This document shows positions 60,403-64,000 of a DNA stretch of 64,000 nucleotides, piece after piece. The stretch covers positions 352,001 through 416,000 of the forward strand of contig JAHHIM010000036.1 of assembly GCA_019358915.1 (NCBI GenBank), read 5' to 3'. The first letter of the stretch is position 1; each line of letters begins with the position of its first letter. A program made the translations under genes and the position numbers. A model generated the notes under the pieces. It worked only from the letters and a program-made list of their open reading frames with translations. It was not told where the DNA came from and did not search any database. The DNA comes from Trichormus sp. ATA11-4-KO1 (GTDB taxonomy: Bacteria > Cyanobacteriota > Cyanobacteriia > Cyanobacteriales > Nostocaceae).

Positions 60403-61755
60403 TCATAGCACAAGAAAGGCGGCAACTTCCACATGAGCTGTTTGAGGAAAAAAATCAGCCGGTTGTATCCGTGTGATTTTATATTGCGAATCTTGGCACA
60501 ACAATTTCAGATCACGGGCGAGAGTAGCTACTTTACAACTGACGTAAACTATGCGTGGAGGTTTCGATTGCAATAAAGAATCGATAACGGCGCGATCGCA
60601 TCCTTTACGTGGCGGATCAAGTAACACCACATCTGGTAGTATGCCCATCTTTGGCAGCAAATTCTCTACTGCTCCTACTTGAAATGTGACGTTATTAATT
60701 TCATTGTGTTGGGCATTGAGAATAGCTTGTTGTACAGCTTCTGGTTGTAATTCTAATCCTGTAGCTTGGCGTACTTGTTTAGCTAAAGGCAAAGTTAAAG
60801 TTCCTATACCACAATAGGCATCGACTAGCAACTCATGTCCTTGAAGATTCAATTCTGACTGAATTACTTGTAATAGAGCCTCTGCGGTTTCTGTGTGCAC
60901 CTGGAAAAATGTATCTGGACGGACTTGAAATTCCAGTCCAGCAAATTTTTCTCGGAGGTAAGGAGTTCCCGCAATGCAACGAGTTTGAGAGCCAAAGATG
61001 GCATTTGTGCGATCGCTATTGCGATTTAAAGACACTCCCACCAACCGAGGATAACGCTGCAACCATTCCTGCGCTTGGTCTTCAATCCCTGGTAAATGCC
61101 AATCCTTGACCACCAAAGTCAACAACATTTCTCCAGTGCGTCGTCCAATGCGTAAACCGAGATGGCGGATTTGCCCTTGGTGACGCTGTTCATTGTAAAT
61201 CTGCCACCCGTGCTGTTGAATATCTTGTTTAACTTCAGCCAGCAAAGGATTTAATCGTGGGTCTTGAACTGGACATTGATTCAAGTTCACTAATTGATGG
61301 CTACCTTTTTGGTAATAACCAGCCTTTACCTGACCTGTGGCGGAAACACTCACAGGATAAGTGGCTTTATTGCGATAACCCAAAGGTGAAGCAGTGGTCA
61401 GCACCGGATCTACTGGTGGATTAACAAAACCGCCAATCCGTTGTAGAGCTTGAATAACTTGATTTTGCTTAGCTAGCAGCTGATAATTATCATCAATATG
61501 CTGCCACTGACAACCACCGCACTTATCAGCCACAATGCAACTCGGTCGGATACGGTGAGGAGATGGTTGTAATAGCTGCTGAAGTTTGCCGTGAGCGTAT
61601 TTAGGTTTGACATGTACCAAGCGCACGATCGCGCGATCGCCTGGGACAGTATCCGGGACAAAAACCACCAGTTCCTCAAAACGTCCCACACCATCACCCG
61701 TATCACTCAGGTCGGCGATCTTTACTTCAACTAACTCACCTTGTTGTTTAGTCAT
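60403..61755 (-). CDS. rlmD: 23S rRNA (uracil-1939-C5)-methyltransferase
   Basis: TRAM domain, C...CGGCQWQH, FFQV, DAYCGIG, LDPPRKG, YVSC and DFFPQTAHVE motifs. Confidence 0.95.
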   Translation of the reverse strand: MTKQQGELVEVKIADLSDTGDGVGRFEELVVFVPDTVPGDRAIVRLVHVKPKYAHGKLQQLLQPSPHRIRPSCIVADKCGGCQWQHIDDNYQLLAKQNQVIQALQRIGGFVNPPVDPVLTTASPLGYRNKATYPVSVSATGQVKAGYYQKGSHQLVNLNQCPVQDPRLNPLLAEVKQDIQQHGWQIYNEQRHQGQIRHLGLRIGRRTGEMLLTLVVKDWHLPGIEDQAQEWLQRYPRLVGVSLNRNSDRTNAIFGSQTRCIAGTPYLREKFAGLEFQVRPDTFFQVHTETAEALLQVIQSELNLQGHELLVDAYCGIGTLTLPLAKQVRQATGLELQPEAVQQAILNAQHNEINNVTFQVGAVENLLPKMGILPDVVLLDPPRKGCDRAVIDSLLQSKPPRIVYVSCKVATLARDLKLLCQDSQYKITRIQPADFFPQTAHVEVAAFLVL

Positions 61756-61757
61756 TA

Positions 61758-61802
61758 CCCTTGTCCCCTTGTCCCCTTGTCCCCTTGTCCCCTTGTCCCC
61801 TT
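61758..61802. repeat. Octamer tandem repeat (CCTTGTCC)n just upstream of rlmD
   Basis: About five units of CCCTTGTC/CCTTGTCC. Confidence 0.75.
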
Positions 61803-62033
61803 CCCACTCTTCAAACGTATAAATTCAATACAGTCAGGTGAGGACAGAGTATTGATGGCTCAAAACCCTGAAGCAACTAACTGGCTTGATACTCAGCACT
61901 CAGCACTCCCCTTCGACTTCGCTCAGGGCCAGCGCACTCAGCACTTTGCCATACATCACAGCTTATATCTCTTTCTTTGTGTACCTCAGACTCGTTAAAC
62001 TAGCAAATAATATTTCGCGTGATTGCCATAATC

Positions 62034-62519
62034 ATGACTGTAATTAGCCAAGTTATTCTCCAAGCCGACGACCAACTGCGCTACCCCAGCAGTGGTGAAC
62101 TCAAAAGTATCAAAGAATTTTTGCAAACCGGTGTCCAACGCACAAGGATTGCAGCAACTCTAGCTGAGAACGAAAAAAAGATTGTTCAGGAAGCAACCAA
62201 ACAACTTTGGCAAAAGCGGCCTGACTTTATCGCACCCGGTGGTAACGCTTACGGTGAACGTCAACGTTCTCTATGTATCCGTGATTTTGGCTGGTACTTA
62301 CGCCTGATTACCTATGGCGTACTTGCTGGTGACAAAGAGCCAATTGAAAAAATTGGTTTAATCGGTGTGCGAGAAATGTACAATTCTTTGGGCGTTCCCG
62401 TGCCTGGAATGGTAGAAGCTATCAATTCCTTGAAAAAAGCCTCCCTTGACTTACTAAGTGCGGAAGATGCTGCGGAAGCTGCACCCTACTTTGATTACAT
62501 CATTCAAGCAATGTCTTAA
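62034..62519 (+). CDS. apcD: Allophycocyanin-B alpha subunit
   Basis: [40 protein letters not shown] and [11 protein letters not shown] motifs. Confidence 0.95.
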   Translation: MTVISQVILQADDQLRYPSSGELKSIKEFLQTGVQRTRIAATLAENEKKIVQEATKQLWQKRPDFIAPGGNAYGERQRSLCIRDFGWYLRLITYGVLAGDKEPIEKIGLIGVREMYNSLGVPVPGMVEAINSLKKASLDLLSAEDAAEAAPYFDYIIQAMS

Positions 62520-63037
62520 TGCAAAGTGGTGCTGGTTCTCAAAGTGTAATTCCGATCTATTAGAGTGAGTGTAAGGTATTAGCACTTAACATCCATAAGA
62601 TTTCTCATTTGATCATACCTTCCCCACAGTTGGTAATGGCTTTGGCAAATACTCTGTCAAGTTATTAACCAGTTGTGGGGAAATTTTATTAGCCTGTAAA
62701 TCCACGCAACAAAAAACCGACAGGCTTTATTTTATAAAGACTGTCGGCAATTTAGTGTGTTCCCTATTAATGACTCGGCTAGAGTTCAGTAATAAGCTAT
62801 TCTGGCAAATTGGTAGTTGAAAAGAAAGGATCTTAATCATCGCTCTAAGTGATTTTCATCACTACGATTGCTACCAAAAAGCTGTAATTGCTCAAGTAAT
62901 ATATCTGTTTGGTTATAGTACACATCCTTAAAGCATAACGCGACGAAGTGTGTGACACCCAGTATGTGGTTCACTCAGGAACACAGATATAAACTTATAG
63001 GCAGTGGACAAACAACTAGGTGTGGAGTGTGGTTACT

Positions 63038-63703
63038 ATGGAACAGAGAATTTATCGTCATTGTTTTCACTTCGTGGCTGGGATCATTCTCTTGGGAGTA
63101 TCCTATGGTTGTACGATGCCACAACCAAATCAAGTTACTCAAAGCAACAGCGTCACAACTACGCCTACTTCCATCCAGACTAACAACTCTCAAAGCAACA
63201 AACCAGATACCAAAATTGCCACGATTAGTATAGAAGGGGAAGACACGCCCATCACTTTAAGGCTTTACAAGCAATACAGCAGCGTATTTACCACTTACTA
63301 TCCCGACGCAGAATTTCTTAGCCAAGGTGTGAGTTCCGGTGAAGGAACAGGCGTGAAATTTATTGCCAATTTCGATGGAAGCAAAAATGAAGATGCTTAT
63401 GTTAACCTTTCCTTCCTCAACAGTTTTAACTCTCTAGAACAGCTAAGAAGCTTTGTCAATGGCGAATCTGGGCTAATTGTGTCTAATGGATGGCAGGTTG
63501 TCAGTCGCACTCAAAAGACCCCTTATCCCTGGGCCCAAGAACAGATTGTTTTCCGCAAAGGGCAAGACATAACAGGTGTTGTATATCTTGGTCAACAAAA
63601 TGGCAAAGTTTTCTATACAGTTACCCATTACCCAGTTGAATATGGAGATGGATTTTCACCAAGAGCCGACTTAATTTTACAAAACCTGCAAGTTGGCGGG
63701 TAA
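63038..63703 (+). CDS. Hypothetical lipoprotein
   Basis: Lipobox VSYGC, T/Q-rich linker, C-terminal HYPVEYGDGFSPRADLIL. Confidence 0.75.
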   Translation: MEQRIYRHCFHFVAGIILLGVSYGCTMPQPNQVTQSNSVTTTPTSIQTNNSQSNKPDTKIATISIEGEDTPITLRLYKQYSSVFTTYYPDAEFLSQGVSSGEGTGVKFIANFDGSKNEDAYVNLSFLNSFNSLEQLRSFVNGESGLIVSNGWQVVSRTQKTPYPWAQEQIVFRKGQDITGVVYLGQQNGKVFYTVTHYPVEYGDGFSPRADLILQNLQVGG

Positions 63704-63807
63704 TGGAGATTAAGCGCAGATAAGCACCTCATAATGATTGTCTACTCAAAATCGCTGAACCAATGGGATAAACTGGACTCAGCAGCAACAAACCTAGCAG
63801 CATAAAT

Positions 63808-64000
63808 ATGGAACCAAAGCAAGCAGAAGACTTATCAAAACTCGATGAACCCGAAGCATCGAAGGCAGATGATGCACTTGGCATGAGATATCGCATCCAG
63901 CAAATCAAAAATAAAATGGCAGACCAAGGCATCACTCTAACTGCCGAAGATTTGGACGGTTTGCAATCTTACTTAGTTTCTGAGCAAAAATGGGAAGAGG
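63808..64000 (+). CDS. Small protein, partial; possibly an antitoxin preceding a Doc-type toxin
   Basis: Manual translation MEPKQAEDL...LQSYLVSEQKWEE runs off the edge; the ending resembles the ...WEEVYRRLA tails of small cyanobacterial genes upstream of doc. Confidence 0.4.
   Translation, partial: MEPKQAEDLSKLDEPEASKADDALGMRYRIQQIKNKMADQGITLTAEDLDGLQSYLVSEQKWEE

Noticed and set aside
61758..61945. Tandem repeats as a possible CRISPR array
   Set aside because: 7-8-bp STRR-type units without unique spacers; no cas genes or CRISPR array seen anywhere in the window.

Overview
A 64-kb chromosomal window from a heterocyst-forming cyanobacterium (Nostocales), indicated by hetC/hetP, very frequent HIP1 octamers (GCGATCGC) and STRR-type tandem repeats. 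It is mostly core genes: sigF, psbO, ftsQ-ftsZ, gshB-grx, hflX, malic enzyme, cytM/petG, a Na+/H+ antiporter, dxs, rpiA, asnS, a HerA-like ATPase, the cmpABCD bicarbonate transporter, an rbp gene, hetC-hetP-PPIase, a GH116 enzyme, 6S RNA, pmgA, rlmD and apcD. The most unusual region is 54.5-57.3 kb. One uninterrupted + frame runs from a NucA-like non-specific endonuclease half-domain into a HExxH zinc-protease and PKD/Ig-like domains. It fully contains, codon-for-codon on the opposite strand, an intact pentapeptide-repeat gene with its own GGAGG RBS, and a second, divergent nuclease-tail remnant lies just upstream. This is a candidate nuclease / antisense-nested DNA-mimic immunity cassette system (hypothesis). 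Other observations: several MITEs with visible TIRs and TSDs (one nested in another repeat, one apparently inserted into the 6S RNA terminal stem), a non-canonical hflX start, a scrambled ATPase/WD40 relic, a truncated PIN toxin, a decayed double-glycine peptide gene after hetP, and recognisable NtcA, HetR and rbp-box sites. All calls come from reading the sequence and recalled family motifs; no searches were run.
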